Below, one piece after another: positions 25,200 to 38,842 of a stretch of 64,000 bases of DNA. The DNA comes from Basidiobolus meristosporus CBS 931.73. Taxonomy: Eukaryota; Fungi; Basidiobolomycota. A program made the position numbers and the translations under genes. How positions within the stretch are numbered: position 1 is the stretch's first letter; each line of letters begins with the position of its first letter. The stretch is from NCBI GenBank assembly GCA_002104905.1, contig MCFE01000294.1:37839-101838 (forward strand), given 5' to 3'. The notes beneath the pieces were generated by a model that worked only from the letters and a program-made list of their open reading frames with translations, had not been told where the DNA came from and searched no databases.

Positions 25200-28100
25200 T
25201 AGCCATCTTGATCTAGCTCTAATACAACTTTATCCAAATAATTTCTACAGAGGAAGAGTATGTAGCAACCAGCAAGGCTAAAAAAGAAGCAATACTGCTT
25301 AGAAAGCTTTTTAATGGCTTAGACTTAGGTCAATAAGCACCTATTACTTTATTTCAAGATTTTCAAAGATGTACATCATTGGGTAAAAATCCAGCTTTTC
25401 ATGCTATTGCTAAGCACATAAGTATCAGACATTACCTCCTACATGAAGCCATAGAGAGTAGTTTAGTCAACTTAGTGCAGTCTTCTGTAGATGAAATGAT
25501 TGTAGACATATTTACTAAGCCATTAGATAGAGGCAAAATTATATATATTAGGCCAAAATTAGGACTAGTTGGTATGAACATTTAGTGGAGTGCAAGTGTG
25601 GTGAAAGTTGTTGTAAAAGCTTGCAATTCCACCCAAGACCTTGCAAAGGAAAAAGCAACCTGCTTTGTAACCACTGCAAAAGCAAAGGGCACATGTCACC
25701 TGGTGCTTGAAAAAGAGAGATAGTTGGCAGAAGAAGCCTGAATATGGAAATGCTGCAGCAACTGAAGATAGACAACTCATATCTGCACTAAATATGACCA
25801 CAAACAAGGAGTCCTGGTCATGGTATATTGACTCTGGAGCTTCTCAACACTTTACACACCAAAAAGAACTTTTTACCCAATATCAAGAAATTCCAATTAA
25901 GAAGGTTTTCATGGATGACAGTCAAACATTTGATGCAGTGGGAGAAGGAACTATCCAAGTAAACCTTAGCAGCAGTAAAGGAAGCCATACACTAACTTTT
26001 AAGAAGTACTCCATGTACCAGAAATAGCCAAGAACCCACTATCTTTAAGCTAGGCCTCTGCAGAAGGATTCAGCTTCAGCTTTGACAGTACTGGATGCAG
26101 GACCACTGATTTAAATGGAGCTCTTATTGCTTTGGGTATCAGAGAGCAGAATTTGTATAAGTTAACTAATATTCTATCATATTTGAAGCCAAAATAAGTA
26201 ACTTTGAAGAAGAAAGACCAATGCTTTGGCACAGGAGACTTGGATAAAGCAGTTTTCATTATTTGTGTAAAATGATCAAAGATCAGCCACTTTCTGGAGT
26301 AAAAATAGATCACCCAGCTAATTTAAAGCACTGTGAAGCCTGCATATTTGAGAAACAACCCGGCAAATGTTCAAGAGCTCTGGGCTGATTGAAACAAAGA
26401 AAAAACTAAAGCTGATTCACTCAGGTCTGTGTGGACCTATGCAAAATTTATCCTTAGGTGGGATAAAGTATCTAATCACTTTTATTGATGATTATACAAG
26501 ATACACATGGATCTACTTCATGGAGTGAAAGGAAGAAGCTCTTTCTAGGTTCAGGGAGTTTGAAACCATGATGTAGAGAGAAACTGGTGAGAAAATCAAG
26601 AAAATATGCTCTGACATGTTGTAAGATTCTTGGAGATATTGGAAGTGATTTGGGAGAACAGGATATTATGTGGTTTTCATTTAATGATTTATTGAATGTA
26701 AAAGAAGTATTTGTACTTTTACATGGTTTTGGCATTATAAACACGTAGAATAGACTAAGGAAGGTCCCATGAGCATGTGTGCAAGGTTTGGGGCTGTTTG
26801 GTCTACTTTGAGAATTTTCATGTTTGTGGTACCTGGTATTTTGGTGAAATTATTCTAAGTAAGTCCTGACAAGGAATCTGGTCTGTATTCTGTGGGATTT
26901 GAAGGTAATGATCTGAGTGACTAAGTTAGGTGAATATTTAGGTGGAATTACAAATTTTTACAACACCCCCACTCGGCTAAATGTTCCTACTGACTAGTCC
27001 TAATTTTGACCTAAGATATTTAAGCTTGTCTCTTGCTAATGGTTTGGTAAATATGTCTGCAATCATTTCATCTGAAGGACAGTACACTAAGCCAACTAAG
27101 TTATTCTCTATAGCTTCACATATGAAATGATGTCTATTATCTATGTGCTTAGTTCTAGCATGAAAAGTTGGATTCTACCTAGTTGTATACATTCTTAATT
27201 ATCTTGAAATAAGGTAATAGGCGTTTTTGACATAGGCCTAAATCTGTAAAAACTTTCTTAACCACATTGGGTTTTTTGTAGCTCCACAGGCTGCCATGTA
27301 CTCTGCCTCTGTGGTAGAAAGTGCTATGGTTGGTTGTTTTCTTGAATTCCATGAAATTGCTCCTTTACAGTAAAGAAAGGTGTATCCTGTGGTGGATCTT
27401 CTGTCTTCCATATTTTGTCCCCACTCAGCATCAGAGTATCCCACAAGATCCTGTTCTGAGTTCTTATTAGTGTATGTTAAGTAGATATCAGCAGTCCTTT
27501 TAGGTATCTAAAGATCCGCTTAACTGCTGCAATATGCGCAAATCCATAGATCTGATTATGTGGGCTGACAACTCCTACTGAATATGAGATATCTGGACAT
27601 GTTCAGTGCAAAGAATTATCATATGATTTTTGGGCGGAATCAGTTGCCAAGACTGTAAACCTTAAAATAGGAGCTATAGCAGAGTACTTTTTGCTTCTAC
27701 TCCTTTTGAAGCATGGTATGGCTACAGACCAAGTGCAGAACATCTAAGAATATTTGTGTGTACAGCATATGCCAAGAAACTGCCCAGAGATCAGTCAAAA
27801 TTTGAGCCAAAAAGTGTAAAAAGTATATTTTTAGACTACTGCAATGAGAGTAAAGCATACAGACTCAATAATACCAAAGCAAAGAAGCTAATCAAGTCCA
27901 GGGATGTGTTGTTTGATGAAAATTCAAGATTTCCACAAAAAATGACATTAGATGATGACAAAAATTTGATATCAAGTCCACCAATTATCAGGATTGAATC
28001 AGAGCAAAACAATGAAAGTTTTTTGACTCCAGAGGACTCTACAACCATGGTTCAGCCTGAAGCCATGCTCAGGAATATCCCTGATGTGATCATTCCAGTA

Positions 28101-29367
28101 TCAAATGCCTGGAGATCCAATTGGACAAGAAATAGCCCAAATTACTATATCAATGATGGTACAAACTTAGCCTATGCCTATTCAGTCCATGTTGATGAGA
28201 CCCAGACTGTAAAAGAGGCCCTAAATAGCCCTTAGAAAAAGTTTTAGAGATCTGCAATGACTGAGGAATATCAGGCCATGATGGAAAATCATACTGGGGA
28301 CTTAGTCAATTTACCAATCAACTATAAATCAATTGGAAGCAGTTGGGTCTTCAAGACAAAATACAAGACTGATGGTACAGCTGAAAGATGGAAAGCAAGA
28401 TTGTGGCCAAAGCATACTCTCAAACCACAGGACTTGACTATACTGAGACCTTTGCACTGGTAGCCAAGTTTAATTCCATTAGACTAATATTGGCTTTTGC
28501 AGCCAAATATAAGTTTTTTATACATCAAATGGATGTAAAAGCTTCATTTTTGAATGAAAAACTTGAAGAGGATGTGTATATAGACCAGCCAGATGGGTTT
28601 GCTGACCAAGATAACCCTCATTTGGTCTACAAACTTAAAAGTCTCTATATGGTGTCAAACAATCATTGAGAGCCTGGAATTGCAAGATAGATTCTTATTT
28701 GGAATCTTTGAGTTTCAAAAGGAGTAATGCTGACTATAGTATATATTATAAGCCAAATAGAGCAAATCCAGTTCCATTAGCTATCTATGCAGATGATCTT
28801 ATCATAGCTGCCAATAACCTAGCAACACTGGAAGAGACTAAATCCAGCCTATCTAAGGAGTTCAAAATGTCCAATCTAGGAGATCCCAGTTACTACTTAG
28901 GGATTAAGTTCTCCATACACAGAAGTACCCAGACTATTACCCTAAGGCAATCCAAGTATATTCAAGATATACTAACAAAGTACCAAATGGAAGACTGTAA
29001 ACCAGCAGCTACCCCAATAGAGACAAACCTTGACTTGGTCAAATTCAACCAAATCAAGAGAGCTTGGTGCCATCTGAAAGCCCTGACTTTCTTTATCAAT
29101 CTATGGCTGGCAGTTGGATGTGTATCATGCTTGGGACATGTCCAGATATCTCATATTCATTGGGAGTTGTCAGCCAGCATTATCAGAGCTATGGATCTGA
29201 TCATGTTGCAGCTGTTAAGCAGATTTTTAGATACCTAAAAGGAACTGCTGATATCTCCTTAAGATACACATGTAAGGACTCAGAACAGGATCTTGTGGGA
29301 TGCTCTGATGCTGATTGGGGACAAAATTTGGAAGACAGATGTTCTACCTCAGGATACACCTTTCTTA
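25200..29367 (+). mobile_element. Mosaic of copia fragments (RNase H end, gag-PR-IN, IN-RT) with a nested minus-strand LTR + RNase H piece (26617-~27600)
   Basis: WYIDSGASQH, CTAYAK...KSVKSIFL, HQMDVK, IYADDL, GCSDADWG. The minus-strand LTR 26617-26965 is preceded by PPT GAGTGGGGG. Confidence 0.8.
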
Positions 29368-29716
29368 TGCTTTAAAAATTTGGAATTCCACCTAAATATT
29401 CACCTAACTTAGTTACTTAGATCATTACCTTTAAATCCTAGAGAATACTGACCAAATTTCTTGGTGGGATTTACCTAGAATATTTTCACCAAAATACCAG
29501 GTACCCAGAACATGAAAACTCACAAAGCTGTCCAAACAGCCCCAAACTTTGTACACATGTTGTTGGGACCTTCCTTGACCTATTCTACATGCTTTTTGTG
29601 CCAAGACCATGTAAAAGTATAAATACTTCTTTTACATTCAATTGATCATTTAATGAAAACCACACAAGCTACTTGTGCTCCCAATCACTTCCAATATCTC
29701 CAATACTTGTACAACA

Positions 29717-29728
29717 GGTTATGAGCCC
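29717..29728 (+). promoter_or_regulatory. Primer-binding site GGTTATGAGCCC (half-tRNAiMet type)
   Basis: Immediately after the LTR end CAACA; complementary to the tRNAiMet anticodon arm GGGCUCAUAACC. Confidence 0.85.
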
Positions 29729-32700
29729 CAAGCTGTCACTCTCTGCAATATCTACTACTGCTATTAGTGGAACTTTTCCCTCTGCTGTAAAGTTGGATGG
29801 ATCTAACTACCAAGTGTGGAAGGTGATGATGAAGATGCTGCTCCAAGAAAGAGGCCTTTGGGATATTGTCATGGGAGAAGAATGCCCTCCTAAAAACGTG
29901 GGAGAGGAAGCCTTAAAGTACCAGAAAAAAGCACCAATTGCCTTTAACTGCATTTGCCTTAATGTTAAGGACAAATTGCTAATTCAATGCTAAAGAGCAA
30001 TAACAGCAAAGAATGCCTGGAAGGCATTAGAAGACACCTACCAGTCACATTCAGCTGCTAAGAAAAAGAATCTGAGATGAAAATTCTTTACTACAAAGAA
30101 GCTGCCAGGAGATGAAATGAAAAATCTAATTAACAGAATTACCCTGCTAGTAGAGGAAATGGAATCTGTGGGTGTACCAACTACTGATGAGGATGTGATG
30201 GTTACCATCTAGAATAGCCTGACAGACAAGCTTCAGGGCCTTGTGTTAGCCCTAGAGTCCAGAACTGAAGATTTGACCTTAAATTATATATATGGAAGGC
30301 TCCTGGATGAAGAAATAAGAAAATCAAGTGCCAATAAGAAGGAAGAAGAAAGTGCCTTGATAAGCAATGATAACCAACAACAGAGGTACCCAAGACCCTA
30401 CAAAGGCAACAGCAATCTGTTTTGCAACTACTGCAAAAGGAAAGGCCACACATCAGACCGGTGTCCCAAAAAAAGAGATAATCAGCAATAGAAGCCTGAA
30501 TATGGAAAAGCTGCAACAACAAGTAACTTAAATGAAGAAACACCAATGCTTTGCACAGCAGATTTGGGCACATCAATTTTGCGTATTTGCGCAAAGTGAT
30601 CAAAGATCAGCTAATTTCTGGAGTAAGAATTGATCCCCCAGCTAATTTGGAGCACTGTGAAGCCAGCATATATGGGAAACAAGCCAGACAACTGTTCAAG
30701 AGCTCTGGGTTAATCAAACCAAGAAAAAATTAGATCTAATTCACTCAGATCTGTGTGGACCTATGCAAAATGTATCCTTAGGCAGCATGAAGTATTTAAT
30801 CACCTTTATTGGGAATTATACATGATACGCATGGGTTAACTTCATGGAGAGAAAGGAAGAAGCTCTGTCTAAGCTCAGGGAGCTCAAAGCCATGGTAGAG
30901 AGAGAAACTGGTGAAAAAATCAAGAAAATACGCTCTGACAATGGTGGAGAATATACCCCAAAACTCTTCATCCACTTCTGCAAAATTCATGGGATAAAGC
31001 AGGAGACTACTGTACCATACTCCCCACAGCACAATGGAGTAGCAGAACGTGCTAACAGATCAATAACTGATATGGCAAGATCCATGATCCATGATCAAAA
31101 ATTATCCTATGATTTTTGAGCAGAATCAGTTGCCATTGCTGTATACCTTAAAAATAGGAGTTATAACAGAATACTTGGTGATTCTACTCCATTTGAAGCA
31201 TGGTATGGATACAGACCAAGCGCAGAACATTCAAGAATATTTAGGTGTACAGCAGATGCCAAGAAATTTCCCAGAAATCAGTCAAAATTTGTGCCAATAA
31301 GTGTAAAATGTACATATTTGGGCTACTGCTATAAGAGTAAAGCATACAGACTCTACAATACCAGAGCAAAGAAGCTAATCAAGTCCAGGGATGTGTTGTT
31401 TGATGTAAATTCAAAATTTTCACAAAAATAGACATCAGATGATGACAAAAATCTGATCTCCAGTCCACCAATTATCAGGATTGAATCAGAGCAAAACAAT
31501 GAAAGTTTTTTCACTCCAGAGGACTCTACAACTGTGATTCAGCCAGAATCAGGGCCCAGGAATATCCCGGAAGTGATTGCTACAGTATCAAATGCCTGGA
31601 GATCCAATTGGACACAAAATAGCCCAAATTACTACATCAATGAGGCTACAAACTTAGCCTATGCCTATTCAGTCCATATTAATGAGCCCTAGACTGTGAA
31701 AAAGGTCCTAAATAGCCTTTGGACAAAGTTTTGAAGATTGGTAATGACTGAGGAATATCAGGCCCTGATGGAAAATCAAACTTGGGACTTGGTCAAATTA
31801 CCAATCAACTGAAAATCAATTGGATGCAGATGGGTCTTGAAGACAAAATGCAAGGCTGATGGTACAATTGAGAGATACAAAGCAAGACTGGTGACCAAAG
31901 GATACTCTCAAGTAACAGGACTTGACTATACTGAGACCTTTGCACTGGTAGCCAAGTTTAATTCCATCAGATTAATATTGGCTATTGCAGCCAAATACAA
32001 GTTTTTTATACATCAAATGGATGTAAAACTGCATTTTTGAATGGAGAACTTGATGAGGATGTGTATATGCACCAGCCTGAGGGGTTTGCTGACCAAGATA
32101 ACCCCCATTTGGTCTTCAAGATTAAAAAATCTCTAAATGGTCTCAAGCAATCACCAAGAGCCTGGAATTGCAAGATAGATTTTTATTTGGAATCTTTGAG
32201 TTTTAAAAGGAGTAATGCTGACTATAGTATATGCTATAAGCCAGATAGAGCAAATCCAGCTCTGTTAGCTCTATACATGGATGATCTTATTATGGCCACC
32301 AATAACCTAACAACATTGGAAGACTAAATCCAGCCTATCTAAAGAGTTCAAGATGTCCAATCTAGGAGAACCCAGTTACTACTCAGGGATTAAGCTCTCC
32401 ATAGACAGAAGTATCCAGACTATCACCCTATGCCAATCCAAGTATACTCAAGATATACTAGAGAAGTACCAAATGGAAGACTGTGAACCAGCAGCTACCC
32501 CAATGGAGACAAACCTTGACTTGGTTAAAACTCAAGCAAATCAAGAGAGCTTGGTGCCATCTAGAAGCCCCACTTTTCTGTATCAATCTATGGTTGGCAG
32601 TCTGATGTATATCATGCTTGGAACACATCCGGATATCTCATATTCAGTGGAAGTTGTCAGCCAGCATTATCAGAACTATGGATCTGATCATGTTGCAGCT

Positions 32701-32993
32701 GTTAAATGGATTCTTAGATACCTAAAAGGACCTACTGATATCTGCTTAAGATACAGATGTAAGTATTCAGAACAGGATCTTATGGGATGCTCTGATGCTG
32801 ATTGGGGACAAATTTGGAAGACAGAAGTTCCACCTCAGCATACACCTTTCTTAACTATTAAGGAGGAGTTTCATGGAAATCAAGAACGCAACCAACTGTA
32901 GCACTTTCCACCACAGAGGCAGAGTATATGGCAGCATGTGAGGCTACCAATGAAGCAATGTGGCTAAGAAGCTTTTTACAGATATAAGCCTAT

Positions 32994-33204
32994 AGACTTG
33001 TTCCATTGTGCCATTGATCATAGTGCTAGAAAGTGCTGTATATTTTGTTATTAATTTGATATTTTAGGGTCATATGCATGTCAATTCTGATCCCAAATTG
33101 GCACTGTATGGCACCATCTGGCACTCTGTGGCATGATCAGGCACCATCTGGCATGCTATGGCACTATTAGGCACAGTGATCTGCTGGAATGATGGAACAA
33201 GTCT
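32994..33204. mobile_element. Tourist-like MITE copy 2, TSD TAT
   Basis: Same TIR and body as 13725-13934. TAT at 32991-32993 and 33205-33207. The empty site GCCTATGTC is in element Y at ~38211. Confidence 0.88.
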
Positions 33205-34145
33205 TATGTCTAAAAACACCTATTACTTTATTTCAAGATAATCAAGGATTTATACAACTAGGTAGAAATCCAACTTTTCATTGTAGAACCAAGCATATAG
33301 ATATTGGACATCATTTCATATGTGAAGCTGTAGAGGATAACTTGATTAGCTTAGCTTACTGTCCTTCATATGAAATGAATGCAGACATTTTTACCAAACC
33401 ATTAGTTAGAGACAAGATTTAATATCTTAGGTCAAAATAGGACTATTCAGTATAAACATTTAGCTGAATGAGAGTGTGGTAAAAGTTGTTGTATAAGTTT
33501 GTAATTCCACATAAATATGCACTCAAGGTGATCACCAAGATTATTACCTTCAAATCCTAGGGAACAGTGACTGAATTCCATGTTGGGATTTACCTAGAAT
33601 ATTTTCACCACAATACCAGGTATCCAGAACATGAAAATTTCAAGGTTATCCAAGCAGCCCAACACTTTGCACACATGTTCTTGGGATCTTCCTTAACCTA
33701 TTCTATGTGTTTTTTATGCCAAGACCATGTAAAAGTATTAATCCTACTTTTACATTAAATAATCATTAAGTTAAAGCCGCATAATCTGCTTGTTCTTGTT
33801 GTAAAAATTTGTATTTCCACCTAAAAATTCACCTAACTTAGTCACTTAGATCATTACCTTCAAATCCTAGAAAATACTGACCAAATTCCTTGTCGGGATT
33901 TACTTAGAATAGTTTCACCAAAATACCAGGTACCCAGAACATGAAAACTCTCAAAGTTGTCCAAGCAGCCCCAAACTTTGCACACATGTTCTTGGGACCT
34001 TCTTTAGCCTATTCTACGTGTTTGTTATGCCAAGACTTGGTAAAAGTATAAATACTACTTTTACAATCAATAAATCATTAAGTGAAAACCACATAATCTA
34101 CTTGTTCTTCCAATCACTTCCAATATCTCCAAGACTCTTACAACA

Positions 34146-34157
34146 GGTTATGAGCCC
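34146..34157 (+). promoter_or_regulatory. Primer-binding site GGTTATGAGCCC (half-tRNAiMet type)
   Basis: Directly follows the LTR end; contains an ATG in frame with gag. Confidence 0.88.
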
Positions 34158-36093
34158 CAAGCTGTCACTCTCTGCAATGTCTACTACTGCTATTACTGGA
34201 ATTTTTCCCTCTGCTGAAAAGTTGGATGGATCTAACTACCAAGTGTGGAAGGTGAAGATGAAGATGCTGTTACAAGAAAGAGGCCTTTGGGATATTGTTA
34301 TGGGAGAAGAATGCCCTCCTAAAAATGTGGGAGAGGAAGCCTCAAAGTACCAGAAGAAAGAACAAAGTGCCTTTAACTGCATTTGCCTTAATGTCAAGGA
34401 CAAATTGCTAATTCAATGCTCAAGAGCAAAAACGGCAAAGAATGCCTGGAAGGCATTAGAAGACACCTACCAGTCATGTTCAGCTGCCAAGAAAATGTAT
34501 CTGAGAAGAAGATTCTTTACTACAAAGATGCTGCCAGGAGAAGAAATGAAAAATCTAATTAACAGAATTACCCTGCTGGTAGATGAGATGGAATCTGTGG
34601 GCGTACCAACTACTGATGAGGATGTGATAGTTACCATCCTGAATAGCCTGACAGACAAGTTTCAGGGCCTTGTATCAGCCCTAGAGTCCAGAACTGAAGA
34701 TTTGACCTTAAATTACGTATATGGAAGGCTCCTGGATGAAGAATTAAGAAATCAAGCGCCAATAAGAAAGAAGAAGAAAATGCTTTAATAAGCAATGATA
34801 ACCAACAAAGGAGGTACCCAAGACCCTACAAAGGCAACAGCAACCTATTTTGCAACTACTGCAAAAGGAAAGGACACACATCAGACCGGTGTTTCAAAAA
34901 GAGAGATTATCAGCAAAAGAAGCCTGAATATGGAAATGCTGCAACAACTGAAGATAGACTATTCATATCTGCACTAAATATGACCACAAACAAGGATTCT
35001 CAGACGTGGTATATTGACTCTGGAGCTTCTCAACACTTTACACACCAAAAAGAACTTTTTACCCAATATCAAGAAATTCCAATTAAGAAGGTTTTCATGG
35101 GTGATGATAGAACACTTGATGCAGTGGGAGAAGGAACTATCCAAGTAAACCTAAGAAGCAGTGATGGAAGTCATACACTGACCTTTAAAGAAGTACTCTA
35201 TGTACCAGAAATAGCCAAGAACCTACTCTCTGTAAGCAAGGCCACAGCAAAAGGACTCAGTTTCAGTTTTGACAATTCTGGATGCAGGATCACTGATCAA
35301 AATGGTGCCCATATTGCTTTGGGCATCAGAGATCAGAATCTATACAAGTTGACTTATATTCCATCATATTTGGAAGCCAATATAAGTAACTTAAATGAAG
35401 AAACTCCAATGCTTTGGCACAGGAGATTTGGACACATCAATTTTGATTTTTTGCGTAAAATGATCAAAGATCAGCTAATTTCTGGAGTGAAAATTGATCC
35501 CCCAGCTATTTTGGAGCACTGTGAAGCCTGCATATATGGGAAACAAGCCAGACAACCGTTCAAGAGCTCTGGGTTAATCAAAACTAAGAAAAAATTAGAT
35601 CTAATTCACTCAGATCTGTGTGGACCTATGCAAAATTTATCCTTAGGCAGGATGAAGTATTTAATCACTTTTATTGATGATTATACAAGATACACATGGG
35701 TCTACTTCATGGAGAGAAAGGAAGAAGCTCTGTCTAAGTTCAGGGAGTTTAAAGCCATGGTGGAGAGAGAAACTGGTGAAAAAATCAAGAAAATACGCTC
35801 TGACAATGGTGGAGAATATACCTCCAAACTCTTCATCCACTTCTGCAAAATTCATGGGATAAAGCAAGAGACTACTGTACCATACTCCCCACAGCAAAAT
35901 GGAGTAGCAGAACAAGCTAACAGATCAATAATTGATATGGCAAGATCTATGATCCATGATCAAAAATTATCCTATGATTTTTGGGCGGAATCAGTTGCCA
36001 CAGCTGTATATCTTAAAAATTGGAGTTAAAACAGAATACTTTGTGATTCTACTCCATTTGAAGCATGGTATGGATACAGACCAAGTGCAGAAC

Positions 36094-36442
36094 TGCTGTA
36101 AAAATTCGTAATTCCACCTAAATATTCACCTAACTTAGTCACTTAGATCATTACCTTCAAATCCTAGAGAATACTGACCAAATTCCTTGTTGGGATTTAC
36201 TTAGAATATTTTCACCAAAATACCAGGTACCCAGAACATGAAAATTCTCAAAGTTGTCCAAACAGCCCCAAACTTTGCACACATGTTCTTGGGACCTTCC
36301 TTAACCTATTCTACATGTTTGTTATGCCAAGACTTGGTAAAAGTATAAATACTACTTTTACAATCAATAAATCATTAAGTGAAAACCACATAATCTACTT
36401 GTTCTCCCAATCACTTCCAATATCTCCAAGACTCTTACAACA
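36094..36442 (+). mobile_element. Copia solo LTR nested in the integrase of element Y, TSD AGAAC
   Basis: AGAAC at 36089-36093 and 36443-36447; a single AGAAC occurs at the homologous site near 27737. Confidence 0.92.
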
Positions 36443-38842
36443 AGAACATCTAAGAATATTTGGGTGTACAGCATATGCCAAAAAACTGGCCGGAAATCAG
36501 TCAAAATTTGAGTCAAAAAGTGTAAAATGCATATTTTTGGGCTACTGCAATGTGAGTAAGGCATACATACTCTGCAATACCAAAGCAAAGAAGCTGATCA
36601 AGTCCAGGGATGTGTTATTTGATGAAAATTCAAAATTTTTTCAAAAAATGACATCAGATGATGACAAAAATTTGATCTCAAGTCCACCAATTGTCAGGAT
36701 TGAATCAGAGCAAAACAATGAAAATTTTTTCACTCCAGAGGACTCTACAACCGTGGTTCAGCCAGAATCAGTGCCCAGGAATATCCCGGAAGTGATCATT
36801 CCAGTACCAAATGCCCGGAGATCCAATTGGACAAGAAACAGCCCAAATTACTATATCAATGAGGGTACAAACTTAGCCTATGCCTATTCAGTCCATATTG
36901 ATGAACCCCAGACTGTAAAAGAGGCCCTAAATAGCCCTCAGACAAAGTTTTGGAGATCTGCAATGACTGAGGAATATCAGGCCCTGATGGAAAATCAAAC
37001 TTGGGACTTAGTCAAATTACCAATCAACCAAAAATCAATTGGATGTAGATGGGTCTTCAAGACAAAATACAAGGCTGATGGTACAATTGAAAGATACAAA
37101 GTAAGACTTGTAGCCAAAGGATGCTCTCAAACAAAAGGACTTGACTATACTGAGACCTTTGCACCGGTAGCCAAGTTTAATTCCATCAGATTAATATTGG
37201 CTATTGCAGCCAAATATAAGTTTTTTATTCATCAAATGGATGTAAAAACTGCATTTTTGAATGGAGAACTTGATGAGGACGTGTATATGGACCAGCCTGA
37301 TGGGTTTGTTGACCAAGATAACCCCCATTTGGTCTGCAAGCTTAAAAAGTCACTATATGGTCTCAAACAATCACCAAGAGCCTGAAATTGCAAGATAGAT
37401 TCTTATTTGGAATCTTTGAGTTTCAAAAGGAGTAATGCTGACTATAGTATATATTATAAGCCAGATAGAGCAAATCCAGTTCTATTAGCTCTATATGTGG
37501 ATGATCTTATTATAGCCGCCAATAACCTAGAAACATTGGAAGAGACCAAATCCAGCCTATCTAAGGAGTTCAAGATGTCTGATCTAGGAGAACTTAGTTA
37601 CTACTTAGGGATTAAGTTCTCCATAGACAGAAGTACCCAGACTATTACCCTAAGCCAATCCAAGTATATTCAAGATATACTAAAGAAGTACCAAATGGAA
37701 GACTGTAAACTGGCAGCTACCCCAATGGAGACAAACCTTGACTTAGTCAAAACTCAACCAAATCAAGAGAGCTTGGTGCCATCTAGAAGCCCCACTTTTC
37801 TGTATCAATCTATGGTTGGCAGTCTGATGTATATCATGCTTGGAACACATCCATATATCTCATATACAGTGGGAGTTGTCAGCCAACATAATCTGAACTA
37901 TGGATCTGATCATGTTGCAGCTGTTAAACAGATTTTTAGATACCTAAAAGGACCTGCTGATATCTGCTTAAGATACACATGTAAGTATTCAGAACAGGAT
38001 CTTGTGGGATGCTCTGAGGCTGATTGGGGACAAAATTTGGAAGACAGAAGTTCCACCTCAGGATACACCATTCTCAACTGTTAAGGAGGAGTTTCATGGA
38101 AATCAAGAATGCAACCAACTGTAGCACTTTCCACCACAGAGGCAGAGTATATGGCAGCTTGTGAGGCTACCAATGAAGCAATGTGGCTAAGAAGCTTTTT
38201 ACATATTTAAGCCTATGTCTAAAAACACCTATTACTTTATTTCAAGATAATCAAGGATGTATACAATTAGGTAGAAATCCAATTTTTCATGGTAGAACCA
38301 AGCAGATAGATATTAGACATCATTTCATATGTGAAGCTATAGATAATTACTTAGTTAGCTTAGTTTACTGTCCTTCAGATGAAATGATTGCAGACATTTT
38401 TACCAAACCATTAGTTAGAGACAAGATTTAATATCTTAGGTCAAAATAGGACTAGTCAGTATAAACATTTAGCTGAGTGAGAGTGTGGTAAAAGTTGTTG
38501 TAAAAGTTTGTAATTCCACATAAATATGCACTCAAGTTGATCACCAAAATCATTACCTTCAAATTCTAGGGAAAACTGACTGAATTCCATGTTTGGATTT
38601 ACCTTGAATATTTTTACCACAATACCAGGTACCCAGAACATGAAAATTTCAAGGTTGTCCAAGCAGCCCAACACTTTGCACACATGCTCTTGGTATCTTC
38701 CTGAACCTATTCTATGTGTTTTTATGCCAAGACCATGTAAAAGTATAAATCCTACTTTTACATTCAATAAATCATTAAGTAAAAGCCACATAATCTGCTT
38801 GTTCTCCCAATCACTTCTAATATCTCCAAGAATCTTATAACA

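Larger units (their letters stand above)
29368..33796 (+). mobile_element. Ty1/copia element X, pseudogenised; protease region deleted; 3' LTR truncated
   Basis: 5' LTR 29368-29716, PBS, gag-IN-RT-RNase H with stops. About 430 bp present in element Y is missing near 30520. 3' LTR from 33475. Confidence 0.9.
33797..38842 (+). mobile_element. Ty1/copia element Y, near full length (LTR-PBS-gag-PR-IN-RT-RH-PPT-LTR), pseudogenised
   Basis: 5' LTR 33797-34145. Long ORF pieces with [39 protein letters not shown] and LYVDDL. 3' LTR 38484-38842. Confidence 0.93.
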
